Source of the DNA: Comamonas sp. lk
GTDB taxonomy: Bacteria > Pseudomonadota > Gammaproteobacteria > Burkholderiales > Burkholderiaceae_C
DNA length: 41,132 nt
NCBI GenBank assembly: GCA_945901215.1
Contig: CAMDKE010000001.1
Coordinates: forward strand, 1 to 41,132
Direction of reading: 5' to 3'
Below the pieces are notes generated by a model. That model was given only the letters and a program-made list of their open reading frames with translations, was not told where the DNA came from and searched no databases. Positions 28,320 to 37,980 of the stretch are shown piece after piece (position 1 is the first letter of the stretch; each line of letters begins with the position of its first letter). Both the position numbers and the translations under genes were made by a program.

Positions 28320-29300
28320 TCAGCCCTTGCGCTTACGCACACTCTGCGCCAGCACGCACAAAATCTCGAACATCATGGTCGCACCGACCAAGGCGGTGTT
28401 ACCGCTGGGGTCAAACGGGGGCGAGACTTCAACCACGTCGCCGCCCACCAGGTTCAGGCCTTGCAGGCCACGTACCAGGTGCTGCGCTTGCAGCGTGGTC
28501 ATGCCGCCGATCTCGGGCGTGCCGGTGCCGGGGGCGTAGACCGGGTCGAGCGCGTCCACGTCAAAGCTCACATAGGTGGCGCCTTCGCCCACCACACGGC
28601 GGGCCTCGGCAATGGTCGCTTCCACGCCCAGGGCATTGAACTCGTCGATGTCGATCACGCGGATGCCTTGCTCCTGGCCCCAGGTGTCCTCGGCGTCGCT
28701 GTACAGCGCGCCACGAATGCCGATTTGCACCGTGCGCTTGGGGTCGAGCAGGCCTTCTTCCACGGCGCGGCGAAACGGCGTGCCGTGCGTGTATTTGAAG
28801 CCACCAAAGTAGCCGTCCCAGGTGTCGGTGTGGGCGTCAAAGTGCACCATGCCCAAGGGGCCGGTTTGCTTTACGATGGCGCGCATCACGGGAAGGGACA
28901 CCAGGTGGTCGCCACCCACCGACAGGGGCGCAATGCCGGCGCCGCAGACGCTGGTGAAAAAGTTTTCGATGCGCGCCAGTGAGTCCATCAGGTCCACCGG
29001 GTTGACCGGGGTGTCGCCCAGATCGGCGCAGTTGCACAGCGCAAAGGGCGCGATGCCGCTGGCGCGGTTGACGTTGCGGATCATGGTTGAAATATCGCGC
29101 ACCTGGCGCGGCCCGTGGCGGGCGCCCGGGCGGTTGGTGGTGCCCCCGTCCCAGGGGATGCCAACCAGGCCAATCTCGACGTCGGCAAATTCAGGGTCGT
29201 GGGCCTGCACATAGGGCAGGCGCATCAGCGTGGCAATACCGGCAAAGCGTGGCATCACCGAGCCGGTGATCGGTTTAAAAAATCCAGGTGCAGCAGTCAC
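28320..29300 (-). CDS. Ureohydrolase (agmatinase family), guanidinopropionase GpuA-like
   Basis: GGDH, DAHTD, SFDVDALDP and APGTGTPE Mn-binding motifs. PWDGGTTNR, PVNP.DL.DSL.RIE and TALVGATMMFE match P. aeruginosa GpuA as recalled. The GTG start overlaps the tauC stop (GTGA) and has a GGAGG RBS. Confidence 0.85.
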   Translation of the reverse strand: MTAAPGFFKPITGSVMPRFAGIATLMRLPYVQAHDPEFADVEIGLVGIPWDGGTTNRPGARHGPRQVRDISTMIRNVNRASGIAPFALCNCADLGDTPVNPVDLMDSLARIENFFTSVCGAGIAPLSVGGDHLVSLPVMRAIVKQTGPLGMVHFDAHTDTWDGYFGGFKYTHGTPFRRAVEEGLLDPKRTVQIGIRGALYSDAEDTWGQEQGIRVIDIDEFNALGVEATIAEARRVVGEGATYVSFDVDALDPVYAPGTGTPEIGGMTTLQAQHLVRGLQGLNLVGGDVVEVSPPFDPSGNTALVGATMMFEILCVLAQSVRKRKG

Positions 29301-30115
29301 ATCCGTCCCCTCCAAGGTACAACTTTCTTCTCGACCCAGCGCATCAGCAGGTCAAAGGCAAAGGCCACGGAGCCGATCACGATGATGCCCATCACCACAA
29401 TGTCGGTCCGCAAAAAATTAGACGCATTAAGCACCATCTGGCCCAGGCCGACGTTGGCGGCCACCATTTCAGCGGCCACCAGCGTGCTCCAGCCAAAGCC
29501 AATCGCGATGCGCATGCCCACCAAGATCTCTGGCATGGCCGCAGGCAGCACCACGTGCCAGATCACTTGGCGGTAGCTCGCGCCCATGGAGTAAGCGGCG
29601 TTCATTTGCTCTTGCGAGGCACTGCGCATTCCGGAGCGCGCGGCCATGGCCAGGGGCGCGAAGCAGCTCAGGTAAATCAGCAGCACTTTTGGGAACTCGT
29701 CGATGCCAAACCAGATGATGATCAGCGGCAAATAGGCCAGCGGCGGCAGCGGGCGCAGCAGCTCAATGGGCGGATCAAAAACACCGCGCCAAAAGCGCGA
29801 CATGCCCATGGCAATGCCCACGGGAATGGCGGTTGCACAAGCCAACAAAAAGGCGGCAAACACCCGCAGCATGCTGGCCATAAAGTGCTGCCACAGCGGT
29901 TTGTCGTTGGCAATGCCAGTCAGGTACTCATAAAACTGTTGGTAGGTGGCTTGCGGGGATGGCAGAAAGATGGGCTTGATCCAGCCCATATTCGTCACCA
30001 AAAACCACAGCGCCGCCAAGACTACGATGGTGACGGTGGTAACAAAGGCACTGGAGCCCTCGCCCGGAATTTTGAAGGCGCTGGTCTTGAGCGCTGCAGT
30101 GGTTGGTTTAGACAT
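29297..30115 (-). CDS. tauC: Taurine/sulfonate-type ABC transporter permease
   Basis: [28 protein letters not shown]-like loop and [12 protein letters not shown] motifs. Confidence 0.88.
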   Translation of the reverse strand: MSKPTTAALKTSAFKIPGEGSSAFVTTVTIVVLAALWFLVTNMGWIKPIFLPSPQATYQQFYEYLTGIANDKPLWQHFMASMLRVFAAFLLACATAIPVGIAMGMSRFWRGVFDPPIELLRPLPPLAYLPLIIIWFGIDEFPKVLLIYLSCFAPLAMAARSGMRSASQEQMNAAYSMGASYRQVIWHVVLPAAMPEILVGMRIAIGFGWSTLVAAEMVAANVGLGQMVLNASNFLRTDIVVMGIIVIGSVAFAFDLLMRWVEKKVVPWRGRM

Positions 30116-30896
30116 GGGCGGCCTCGCGTTGGTGGATGATGGACAGCACCTCTTCGCGCATGCGGATGAACTCGGGCTCGGACTTGACTTTGCGCGCGTC
30201 GCCATGCTCCAGAAACTGGCGTGAGAACGGCACATCGTCGTAGGTGTGGGTGATGCGCCCGGGGCTTGGGCTCATGACGATCAAGCGGGTGGCCAAGAAA
30301 AGGGCTTCTTCTACCGAGTGGGTAATAAAGAACACCATCTTGTTGGATTTGACCCAAGCGTGCAGGAGGATTTCTTGCACCGTCTCGCGGGTAAAGGCGT
30401 CTAGCGCGCCCATGGGTTCGTCCATCAGAAGCACCTCGGGGTCGCTGGCCAGGGCGCGAGCAATGCCCACACGCTGCTGCATGCCGCCCGACAATTCGTA
30501 GATCGCCCGGTCGGCATATTTCTCGAGGCCGACCAAGACCAGCTTGTCTTCACCAATGCGGCGGCGTTCGACAGCACCCATACCGCGCATGCGCAGGCCC
30601 AGGCAGACGTTATCGATGACGCTGAGCCAGGGCATGAGCGCGTGTTTTTGGAACACGACGCCACGGTCAGCGCCTGGGCCTTCAACGTGTTCCCCGTTAA
30701 GTAGCACTTCGCCGCTGGACGGCGGCAAAAAGCCGGCAATGCAATTGAGCAGCGTGGTCTTGCCGCAGCCCGAGGCGCCCAGGGCCACAACGAAGTCGCC
30801 GCCCTGCATTTCCAGGTTCACCGGCGCGAGTGCCTGCAGGGTGCCGCCTTTGACGGCGTAGTTCACCGTCAGGTCTTTGATGTGCAATGTGGGCAT
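30108..30896 (-). CDS. tauB: Taurine/sulfonate-type ABC transporter ATPase
   Basis: [34 protein letters not shown] and [13 protein letters not shown] motifs. Confidence 0.9.
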   Translation of the reverse strand: MPTLHIKDLTVNYAVKGGTLQALAPVNLEMQGGDFVVALGASGCGKTTLLNCIAGFLPPSSGEVLLNGEHVEGPGADRGVVFQKHALMPWLSVIDNVCLGLRMRGMGAVERRRIGEDKLVLVGLEKYADRAIYELSGGMQQRVGIARALASDPEVLLMDEPMGALDAFTRETVQEILLHAWVKSNKMVFFITHSVEEALFLATRLIVMSPSPGRITHTYDDVPFSRQFLEHGDARKVKSEPEFIRMREEVLSIIHQREAAHV

Positions 30897-30921
30897 AACA
30901 GTCCGCAGAAGTCAGAAGTTC

Positions 30922-30959
30922 AAAAAAAGAGGGGCAAACTTTTTGCAAGTTGCCCCTCT
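30922..30959 (-). terminator. Intrinsic terminator-like hairpin between tauA and tauB
   Basis: Minus strand reads AGAGGGGCAA..TTGCCCCTCT running into a 7-T tract. Confidence 0.65.
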
Positions 30960-31011
30960 GCCAGCACGCAGACCATGGCGGGCTTGGTGCCCCTGCCATG
31001 GCTGGCTCAGA

Positions 31012-32031
31012 TTACTTCAGTGCGTCGCGCAGGTAACTGCTGTCCACAAAAACGCTGTAGTCTGGCTTGACTTCGGTGATGCGGCCGATTTCTTTCCACA
31101 GCTTGGCGCTGTTTTCCAGAGTTTTGGCAGCGCCGCCCGCAGCACCGCCGCCCAACCAGGCGTTGGAGAGTTGCGCAGCAGTGTCAGGGAATACAAATGC
31201 GGCCATGGCATCAGGCACGTCTTTTTCGTCAGCCTTGGTCCACTTGGCAATGGCTTTGACTTGAGGCGATCCCACGGACCATTTCGAAGCATTGGCGCGG
31301 TAATCGGCGTCCGCTTTGCTGATCGCTTTAATCGCAGCAACTACGAAGTCGCGGTTTTGCGCTGCCCACTTCGCATCGACGACCAAGCCGTCAAATGTGG
31401 GGTAGCCTTTTTTGCCGATGTCGCCGGAAGTGGCGATGGCTTTGCCGTTACGCTTGATTTTGGACAGAACCGGGTCCCAGATGAAGGATGCGTCAATATC
31501 ACCACGCTCCCATGCCGCAGCAATAGCGGGTGGGGGCAGGTTCATCACGTTGACGCTTTTTGCATCGACGCCTTCAAGGCGCAAGCCGACCATCAGGGAA
31601 TAGTGGGCGGTAGACGCGAAAGGCGTTCCTACTTTCTTGCCTACCAGGTCTTTCCAGCCGTTCACGCCGGAACCATTGCGCGCCACCAACTGGTCCGAAG
31701 CGGCAATGTCATCCAAGATGTAGACCAAGCGCAGGTCTTGGCCTTGGCTGGTGGCCGTGGCCAAGGGGCTCGAGCCCACTTCGCCGATTTGCACATCACC
31801 GGAGCTCATGGCCTTGATGACTTCACCGCCGCCGCCGAACATACGCCAGTTGATTTTGTAGCCAGTTGCCTTTTCCAACTCGGCGTCCATGAGAACGCGA
31901 AGCGGAAGCTGCATGTCCTGGTGCGCAAAGGTCACCTCTTTTTTGGCTTGCGCGAATGCGCTGACCAAGCCGGTGGCCAGCACCACGCCGAGAAGCGTCT
32001 TGGCAAGAACGGGGAGAAACGTCTTTTTCAT
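31012..32031 (-). CDS. tauA: Taurine-type ABC transporter substrate-binding protein
   Basis: Signal peptide, then SGDVQIGEVGSSP, PFASTAHYSL, PPAIAAAWERGDID and PTFD motifs of TauA. Start at ATG 32031. Confidence 0.88.
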   Translation of the reverse strand: MKKTFLPVLAKTLLGVVLATGLVSAFAQAKKEVTFAHQDMQLPLRVLMDAELEKATGYKINWRMFGGGGEVIKAMSSGDVQIGEVGSSPLATATSQGQDLRLVYILDDIAASDQLVARNGSGVNGWKDLVGKKVGTPFASTAHYSLMVGLRLEGVDAKSVNVMNLPPPAIAAAWERGDIDASFIWDPVLSKIKRNGKAIATSGDIGKKGYPTFDGLVVDAKWAAQNRDFVVAAIKAISKADADYRANASKWSVGSPQVKAIAKWTKADEKDVPDAMAAFVFPDTAAQLSNAWLGGGAAGGAAKTLENSAKLWKEIGRITEVKPDYSVFVDSSYLRDALK

Positions 32032-32156
32032 GGAAATACCTTTCATGGAAGAAATGTGCGGAAAGCGCAGGGCCATGCTAAACCCCTTCACACAAGCTAA
32101 CCGCATCAGCTAATGAGTTTGTATGCTGATGCAGAGTGCGAGTAGTGCCAGATTCA

Positions 32157-32172
32157 TGCCTTTATAGTGCCA
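32157..32172 (-). promoter_or_regulatory. Possible sigma54 (-24/-12) promoter for tauA
   Basis: TGGCAC-TATAA-AGGCA has the GG-N10-GC spacing and a perfect -24 but an imperfect -12. An overlapping alternative is AGGCATGAATCTGGCA (32146-32161). Confidence 0.4.
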
Positions 32173-32188
32173 GTTGGATGGGGCTATT

Positions 32189-32205
32189 TGCACCTTTACG
32201 GTGCC
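32189..32205. promoter_or_regulatory. NtrC-like binding site upstream of tauA
   Basis: TGCACC-TTTAC-GGTGCC against the TGCACC-N5-GGTGCA consensus. Further partial sites lie at 32202-32228 and 32244-32260. Confidence 0.55.
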
Positions 32206-32363
32206 AATTATTGGTGCGAATTGGTGCGTCTTCATTGGGAAAGCGCACCAACGCAGGTCTTGCAGGGGCCTCTCATCAGCCAATCCTGATGAAGCGCCAT
32301 CGCGGGTTTATCCCTAGGGGCTGTTTGGCCCCTGCCTGGCTCCAAAGGCCTCGGGCCCCCGCA

Positions 32364-34250
32364 TCAGGCGGCGAGACGGCGCTCTAGCTGCGCCTTGGTG
32401 GCGCTGAGCTCGTGGGGCAGGTGGTATGCGAGCTGGCCAAACAACTCGGTGTGCAGCGCAATCTCTTGTTTCCAGTCGGCCTTGTCCAGGCTGGTGACGG
32501 TGGCAAACTGGGCGGGTGTGAAGTCCAGACCATCCCAGGTGATTTCGCTGTAAGCCGGGCTGATGCCAAAACCGGTTTCCTGGCCTTTGGTTTTGCCTTC
32601 CAGGCGGTCAATCATCCACTTCAGCACACGCATGTTTTCGCCATACCCCGGCCAGACAAACTTGCCATCGGCGCCTTTGCGGAACCAGTTGACACAGTAA
32701 ATGGCTGGCAGCTTGGCGCCCGACGCGCTGAGCTTGCTGCCCATGTCCAGCCAGTGCTGGAAATAGTCGCTCACGTTGTAGCCTGTAAACGGCAGCATGG
32801 CAAACGGGTCGCGGCGCACCACGCCTTGCTGGCCCACGGCCGCAGCAGTGGTTTCTGAGCCCATAGTGGCAGCCATGTAGACGCCTTCGACCCAGTTGCG
32901 CGCCTCGGTGACCAGCGGCACGGTGGTGGAGCGTCGGCCACCGAAAATAAAGGCGTCGATGGGCACACCCGCAGCATCGTCCCAAGCTTCGTCCAAGGCA
33001 GGGTTGTTGCCAGCGGCGACGGTAAAGCGCGAATTAGGGTGGGCAGCCTTGGCGCCGGTCTCGCGGGCGATTTGCGGTGTCCAGTCCTTTCCTTGCCAGT
33101 CAATCAAATGGTCGGGCGTGGTGCCTGTGTCTTTTTCCATGCCCTCCCACCAGACATCGCCATCGTCGGTGAGCGCCACGTTGGTGAAGATTACATCGTG
33201 GCCCAGGCTGGCCATGCAGTTGGGGTTGGTGTGGTAGTTGGTGCCGGGGGCCACGCCAAAGTAGCCGGCTTCCGGGTTGATGGCATACATCCTGCCGTCA
33301 GCGTGCGGTTTGATCCAGGCAATGTCGTCGCCAATGGTGGTCACTTTCCAGCCCTCAAAGCCCTGGGGCGGCACCAGCATCGAGAAGTTGGTCTTGCCGC
33401 ACGCGCTGGGGAAGGCCGCGGCTACGTGGTACTTTTTACCTTGTGGATTGGTCACGCCCAAAATCAGCATGTGCTCGGCCAGCCAGCCTGGGCTACCGGA
33501 GGGCCCCTGGGAGTCTGCGCGACCCATAGTCGATGCGATGCGAAGCGCAAAGCATTTCTTGCCCAACAAGGCGTTGCCCCCGTAGCCTGAGCCGTAGGAC
33601 CAGATTTCACGGGTTTCTGGAAAGTGCACGATGTATTTGGTCTTGTTGCACGGCCATTTCACGTCGGCCTGGCCCGCCGCCAGCGGCGCGCCCACGGTGT
33701 GCATACAGGGCACAAAGGCGCCGTCCACGCCCAGCACGTCATAAACCGCGCGGCCCATGCGGGTCATGATGCGCTGGTTGACCGCCACATAGGCGCTGTC
33801 GCTGATCTCGATGCCAATGTGGGCGATGTGCGAGCCCAAAGGGCCCATGGAGAAGGGCACCACATACATGGTGCGCCCGGCCATGCATCCGTCAAACAAG
33901 GGCCCCAGAGTGGCGCGCATCTCACTGGGCTCCATCCAATTGTTGGTGGGGCCGGCGTTTTCTTTCAGGGCGCTGCAAATATAGGTGCGGTCTTCTACGC
34001 GTGCCACGTCGCTCGGGTCTGAGCAGGCTAAAAAACTGTTGGGCCGTTTGGCCGGGTTGAGCCTGGTGAAGGTGCCCGCGTCTACCAGTTGCTGGCACAG
34101 CGACTGGTATTCCTCTTGCGAGCCATCGCACCAGTGGATGGCGGCGGGTTTACACAGCGCCGCCATATCGGCCACCCAGGCAATAAGGCGGGGGTGTTTC
34201 ACGAAGTCTGGAGCCTTGAGACTCAGTCCTGGCATGGCGGGTGCGTTCAT
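32364..34250 (-). CDS. pckG: Phosphoenolpyruvate carboxykinase (GTP)
   Basis: [45 protein letters not shown] and [11 protein letters not shown] motifs. Confidence 0.97.
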   Translation of the reverse strand: MNAPAMPGLSLKAPDFVKHPRLIAWVADMAALCKPAAIHWCDGSQEEYQSLCQQLVDAGTFTRLNPAKRPNSFLACSDPSDVARVEDRTYICSALKENAGPTNNWMEPSEMRATLGPLFDGCMAGRTMYVVPFSMGPLGSHIAHIGIEISDSAYVAVNQRIMTRMGRAVYDVLGVDGAFVPCMHTVGAPLAAGQADVKWPCNKTKYIVHFPETREIWSYGSGYGGNALLGKKCFALRIASTMGRADSQGPSGSPGWLAEHMLILGVTNPQGKKYHVAAAFPSACGKTNFSMLVPPQGFEGWKVTTIGDDIAWIKPHADGRMYAINPEAGYFGVAPGTNYHTNPNCMASLGHDVIFTNVALTDDGDVWWEGMEKDTGTTPDHLIDWQGKDWTPQIARETGAKAAHPNSRFTVAAGNNPALDEAWDDAAGVPIDAFIFGGRRSTTVPLVTEARNWVEGVYMAATMGSETTAAAVGQQGVVRRDPFAMLPFTGYNVSDYFQHWLDMGSKLSASGAKLPAIYCVNWFRKGADGKFVWPGYGENMRVLKWMIDRLEGKTKGQETGFGISPAYSEITWDGLDFTPAQFATVTSLDKADWKQEIALHTELFGQLAYHLPHELSATKAQLERRLAA

Positions 34251-34423
34251 CGGTAGCTCCTAAGTTTAAAAATCCGTTTTTTCAAAAACCACGGGGTACT
34301 ACAGCAGGGCTTTGAGAAAACGGCTGGTTTCGCGTTCACCGTCGTACGCACGGCGCGCCCGCGGGGGGAATCTAGGATTTTAAGAAGCGGTCCCCGAGTT
34401 ACCTAAGGATTACAGCCAAAAGT

Positions 34424-34440
34424 TATGCATAACTTGCATA
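34424..34440. promoter_or_regulatory. Palindromic LysR-type (T-N11-A) site upstream of pckG
   Basis: Perfect TATGCA-N5-TGCATA palindrome about 175 bp upstream of the pckG ATG. Confidence 0.45.
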
Positions 34441-34488
34441 CTGTAACAAGGGCGCTCCACCCGAGGGACGCCCCCGTTCAAAACGGAT

Positions 34489-35094
34489 TCAGCGCTGTGC
34501 GAGCGCCTTTTTGATGTCGCCGACCAGCGTGCCGCTGTCGGGTTTGGTCATACTGGAATAGCTGTCAATGAGCTTGCCGTCGCGCCCGATGAGGTACTTG
34601 TAAAAATTCCAGCGTGGCGCGCCTGCGCCCGCTTTTGCCAAATCGGAGAACAAAGGGTTAGCGGCCTTGCCACTGACGGAAGACTTCTCAAACATGGGGA
34701 ATTTCACGCCGTAGGTGTTGAAGCAAAAATCGGCAATTTCCTTTCCCTTGCCCGGCTCTTGCTGGCCAAAGTCATTGGAAGGGAAGCCCAGAACGACCAG
34801 GCCCTTTTCGTTGTATGTCGCATGCAACTTCTCAAGGCCCTCGTACTGCACAGTGAACCCGCAATAACTCGCTGTGTTGACCACCAGCAACACCTTGCCA
34901 GCGTACTGGCAGAGGTTTTGGGGTGCATCGTCTTGGAGCCTGTTGAACGTCTTTTGTAGCAGACTGGGGCATGCCGCGCCCGCAGCATCAGTGCCCGCCA
35001 CGACAGTCGTAGCGCTGTGGCCCGCTGCGTGCAGACCCAGCAGCAAGGTGAATAAGAGAGTTTGGGGCCAAATGGCCAATGACAAGCGGTACAT
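34489..35094 (-). CDS. Glutathione peroxidase family protein (Cys-type, probable signal peptide)
   Basis: VNTASYCGFT, GFPSNDFGQQEPG and WNFYKYLI motifs. Confidence 0.93.
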   Translation of the reverse strand: MYRLSLAIWPQTLLFTLLLGLHAAGHSATTVVAGTDAAGAACPSLLQKTFNRLQDDAPQNLCQYAGKVLLVVNTASYCGFTVQYEGLEKLHATYNEKGLVVLGFPSNDFGQQEPGKGKEIADFCFNTYGVKFPMFEKSSVSGKAANPLFSDLAKAGAGAPRWNFYKYLIGRDGKLIDSYSSMTKPDSGTLVGDIKKALAQR

Positions 35095-35184
35095 GGGAAG
35101 TAGCTCCTACGCAGCCCCAAGAGTGAGGCGGGAGCCCATGTTAGCGCTTCCTAAGCAAGCCGCAACTTCCCGCGCTTGAGGCCA

Positions 35185-35334
35185 TCAGGCCATGCTAACG
35201 GCGATAAAGGCCAGTAAAAACATCAACACCGCGCCGGCGATGGGCAACACAATGGGCATCAAGGGGACGATTTCTTCAACCACATCAACTGTGGCGTGTT
35301 CATCATCGTGGTGTGCAGCGTGTGGAGCGGACAT
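35185..35334 (-). CDS. Small (49 aa) single-pass membrane protein with His/acidic N-terminus
   Basis: Manual translation is MSAPHAAHHDDEHATVDVVEEIVPLMPIVLPIAGAVLMFLLAFIAVSMA*. The upstream GAAAGACCCGCC-ATG context is identical to that of the ridA gene in this window. Confidence 0.7.
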   Translation of the reverse strand: MSAPHAAHHDDEHATVDVVEEIVPLMPIVLPIAGAVLMFLLAFIAVSMA

Positions 35335-35569
35335 GGCGGGTCTTTCAAAAGCAAGCGCAGCCAAACGCTGGCCGCAAAGATTGAATTTTACCCGCAGGGC
35401 AACCCACGCAGCCCCGAAAGCCCCGCACGGCCCTGGTTCGCGACCCCTTGGAAACCCCTCTTCTCACCCCTCCCGCACTCAAAGACCCGTGCTTACAAAA
35501 AAGTACGTTGACGATGTCAACCGATGGCAGCGGTGGCGCGTAATAGCTAAACCCAGTGACATTGAATAG

Positions 35570-35971
35570 GTGAATACCCTGGCAACCAAGAAGAATTACC
35601 GGCCGGTTGCCCAAAAGTTGACAAGTTCTCTGGATTTGTACCAAGCCCACATCAAAGTGTCCCTAACGATGGCGTATATGCGAAAACCCCCGATTGAAAT
35701 GCCTGAAAAGGGCACCTATAAATGGCAGCTTTTCAGCTACTGGTCCGACGAATACCGCCAGACGCGGGCTGACCACTCGGCCTATATTGCGCTCAACTTT
35801 GCGGGTGCCTTAGATGTGTGCCGCATCAAGCTGCAGGCGCTCATGCAGCACCACCGCCAGCACAGCGCCGACGTCAGCTGTGGCGCTCGCCACCAACGCG
35901 CGATTGAGCGACTGCAAAACACCCTCAGTGGTGCGGCAATGGCCTACGAAAGCAACTTCTCCGGCGGGTAA
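35570..35971 (+). CDS. Hypothetical protein (true start may be ATG 35669)
   Basis: Only substantial ORF filling the gap before recQ. No recognised motif. Confidence 0.5.
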   Translation: MNTLATKKNYRPVAQKLTSSLDLYQAHIKVSLTMAYMRKPPIEMPEKGTYKWQLFSYWSDEYRQTRADHSAYIALNFAGALDVCRIKLQALMQHHRQHSADVSCGARHQRAIERLQNTLSGAAMAYESNFSGG

Positions 35972-36049
35972 AGTCTGCCAAACAGCCCGCGCGCGCGCCG
36001 CACGCCGTAAAGGCAGGGCTTTTTTCCTCCCAAGGGCATCCCTTGCGGA

Positions 36050-37897
36050 CTAGGCAGCCAGCGCCACCACCCGCAGCACCTCTTGCGCATAAGCTTCCAG
36101 CTTCTTGGCGCCCATGCCGCTGATGCCTTGCAAGTCGTCCAGCGACTGCGGTGCGCGCTGAGCAATGGCCGCCAGTGTGGCGTCATGGAAAATTACATAA
36201 GCGGGTAAATTGTGTTCACGTGCCACTTCGGCGCGCCAGGCCTTAAGTTCGGCGTAGCGCTGCAAAGCCAGGCCGTCGAGCTCAATGGGCGATTTGACGC
36301 TGCTGCGTGTACCCGTGACTTTGCCTTTTGGTGCCTTGGGCAGCGACACCGATTCCCGCAAGCGCACTTGCATCTCGCCCTTGAGAATCGCGCGCGAGTG
36401 CTCGGTCAGCACCAGGGTGTTGAAAGCTTGCACATCTACCATCACCGCGCCCATGGCCAGCAATTGGCGCAGCACGCCGCGCAGTTGCAACTCGCTTAAG
36501 GCGGCGCCCACGCCGAAGGTACTGAGGCGTTCATGGCCATGTTGCGCCACTTTATCGGTCTTTTTTCCGCGCACGATGTCCATCAATTGGCCTGCGCCGA
36601 AGCTGATACCGCTGAGTTTATGGATCCGGTAAATGGTTGACAGCAGCATTTGCGCCGCCTGGGTGCCGTCCCACACCGCGGGTGGGTGCAGGCAGTTGTC
36701 GCAGTTGCCGCAGGGCTGGCTGGCTTCGCCAAAATAGGCCAACAAACGGGTGCGCCGACAGTCGGTGGCCTCTGCCAGCCCAAGCAAGGCTTCGAGTTTG
36801 CCGCGCATGAGCCGCTTGAATTCTTCGTCGGCCGGGCCTTCGTCGATCATGCGGCGCTGGTTCACCACGTCATTGAGGCCGTAGCACATCCAGGCGTCAG
36901 CGCTCAGGCCGTCGCGCCCGGCGCGGCCGGTTTCTTGGTAATAGCCTTCGATGTTTTTGGGCATGTCCAAGTGGGCGACAAAGCGCACATCGGGTTTGTC
37001 GATGCCCATGCCAAAGGCAATCGTGGCCACCATCACCACGCCTTCTTCGCGCAAGAAGCGGTCCTGGTGGGTTTGGCGCAATTTGCTGTCTAGCCCGGCG
37101 TGGTACGGCAGCGCGTCGATACCGGCTTCGCACAGGGTTTGGGCAATGTCTTCGACCTTTTTACGCGACTGGCAGTAGACGATGCCCGCGTCGCCTTCGT
37201 GTTCACGCTCGATAAAGCGCAGCAACTGCGCCGTGGCCTCCCGCTTTTCCACAATCGTGTAACGGATATTGGGGCGGTCAAAGCTGCTGACAAAGGCGCG
37301 CGCGTCCTGCAGCTGCAGGCGCTCCAGAATGTCGGCGCGCGTCAGGTCGTCGGCGGTGGCGGTCAGCGCCATGCGCGGAACGCCCGCATAGCGCTCGTGC
37401 AGTACGGTCAGCGCCCGGTACTCGGGGCGAAAGTCGTGGCCCCATTGGCTCACGCAGTGCGCCTCGTCAATAGCAAACAGGCTGAGTTGGTTGCGCTCAA
37501 ACAGCGCGTCGAGTTGAGCCAGAAAGCGCGTGGTGGTGACCCGCTCGGGTGCGGCATACAAGAGGGTGATGTCGCCACGCATGAGGCGCTGCTCTACCTG
37601 GTAGGCCTCTTCGCCTGACAGTGTGGAGTTCAAAAACGCAGCGCTGACCCCGGCCTCGTGCAGGGCGCCCACCTGGTCGTGCATCAGCGCAATCAGTGGC
37701 GAGATGACGATGGTGACGCCATGACCCGCGCGCTGGCGGGCAATGGCTGGTATCTGGTAACACAGCGACTTGCCGCCGCCCGTGGGCATGAGCACCAGGG
37801 CGTCGCCGCCGCTGCCCACGTGCTCAATGATGTCTTGTTGGGGGCCGCGAAAGCCCCCGTAGCCAAAGATTTCTCGCAGGATATGGGCGTAGGACAC
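36050..37897 (-). CDS. recQ: ATP-dependent DNA helicase RecQ
   Basis: [40 protein letters not shown], Zn-binding CGNCDNC and C-terminal HRDC domain. Confidence 0.98.
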   Translation of the reverse strand: MSYAHILREIFGYGGFRGPQQDIIEHVGSGGDALVLMPTGGGKSLCYQIPAIARQRAGHGVTIVISPLIALMHDQVGALHEAGVSAAFLNSTLSGEEAYQVEQRLMRGDITLLYAAPERVTTTRFLAQLDALFERNQLSLFAIDEAHCVSQWGHDFRPEYRALTVLHERYAGVPRMALTATADDLTRADILERLQLQDARAFVSSFDRPNIRYTIVEKREATAQLLRFIEREHEGDAGIVYCQSRKKVEDIAQTLCEAGIDALPYHAGLDSKLRQTHQDRFLREEGVVMVATIAFGMGIDKPDVRFVAHLDMPKNIEGYYQETGRAGRDGLSADAWMCYGLNDVVNQRRMIDEGPADEEFKRLMRGKLEALLGLAEATDCRRTRLLAYFGEASQPCGNCDNCLHPPAVWDGTQAAQMLLSTIYRIHKLSGISFGAGQLMDIVRGKKTDKVAQHGHERLSTFGVGAALSELQLRGVLRQLLAMGAVMVDVQAFNTLVLTEHSRAILKGEMQVRLRESVSLPKAPKGKVTGTRSSVKSPIELDGLALQRYAELKAWRAEVAREHNLPAYVIFHDATLAAIAQRAPQSLDDLQGISGMGAKKLEAYAQEVLRVVALAA

Positions 37898-37980
37898 AGG
37901 GTATGGGTTCGGATGTGGCCAAAAATGGATGCGCCAAGCCGCCTATTGTCCCGCCTAAATGCCAGGTCTCCCGTCCGTCC

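Noticed and set aside
30877-32100. 407-aa plus-strand ORF, and other long antisense ORFs such as 3602-4900 and 4612-5733
   Set aside because: They are antisense shadows of well-supported genes, expected in high-GC DNA.
32032-32363. Guanidine riboswitch (classes I-III) upstream of the ABC-ureohydrolase operon
   Set aside because: I saw no ykkC core, tandem ACGR hairpins or class III motif, only a GCATCAGC..GCTGATGC hairpin (32103-32132). No hypA/hypB nickel chaperones of guanidinase-type loci are present either.
36212-36227. parS-like GTGTTCACGTGCCACT in recQ, and similar sequences near 13672 and 34195
   Set aside because: They have too many mismatches, with only the core or one half-site matching.
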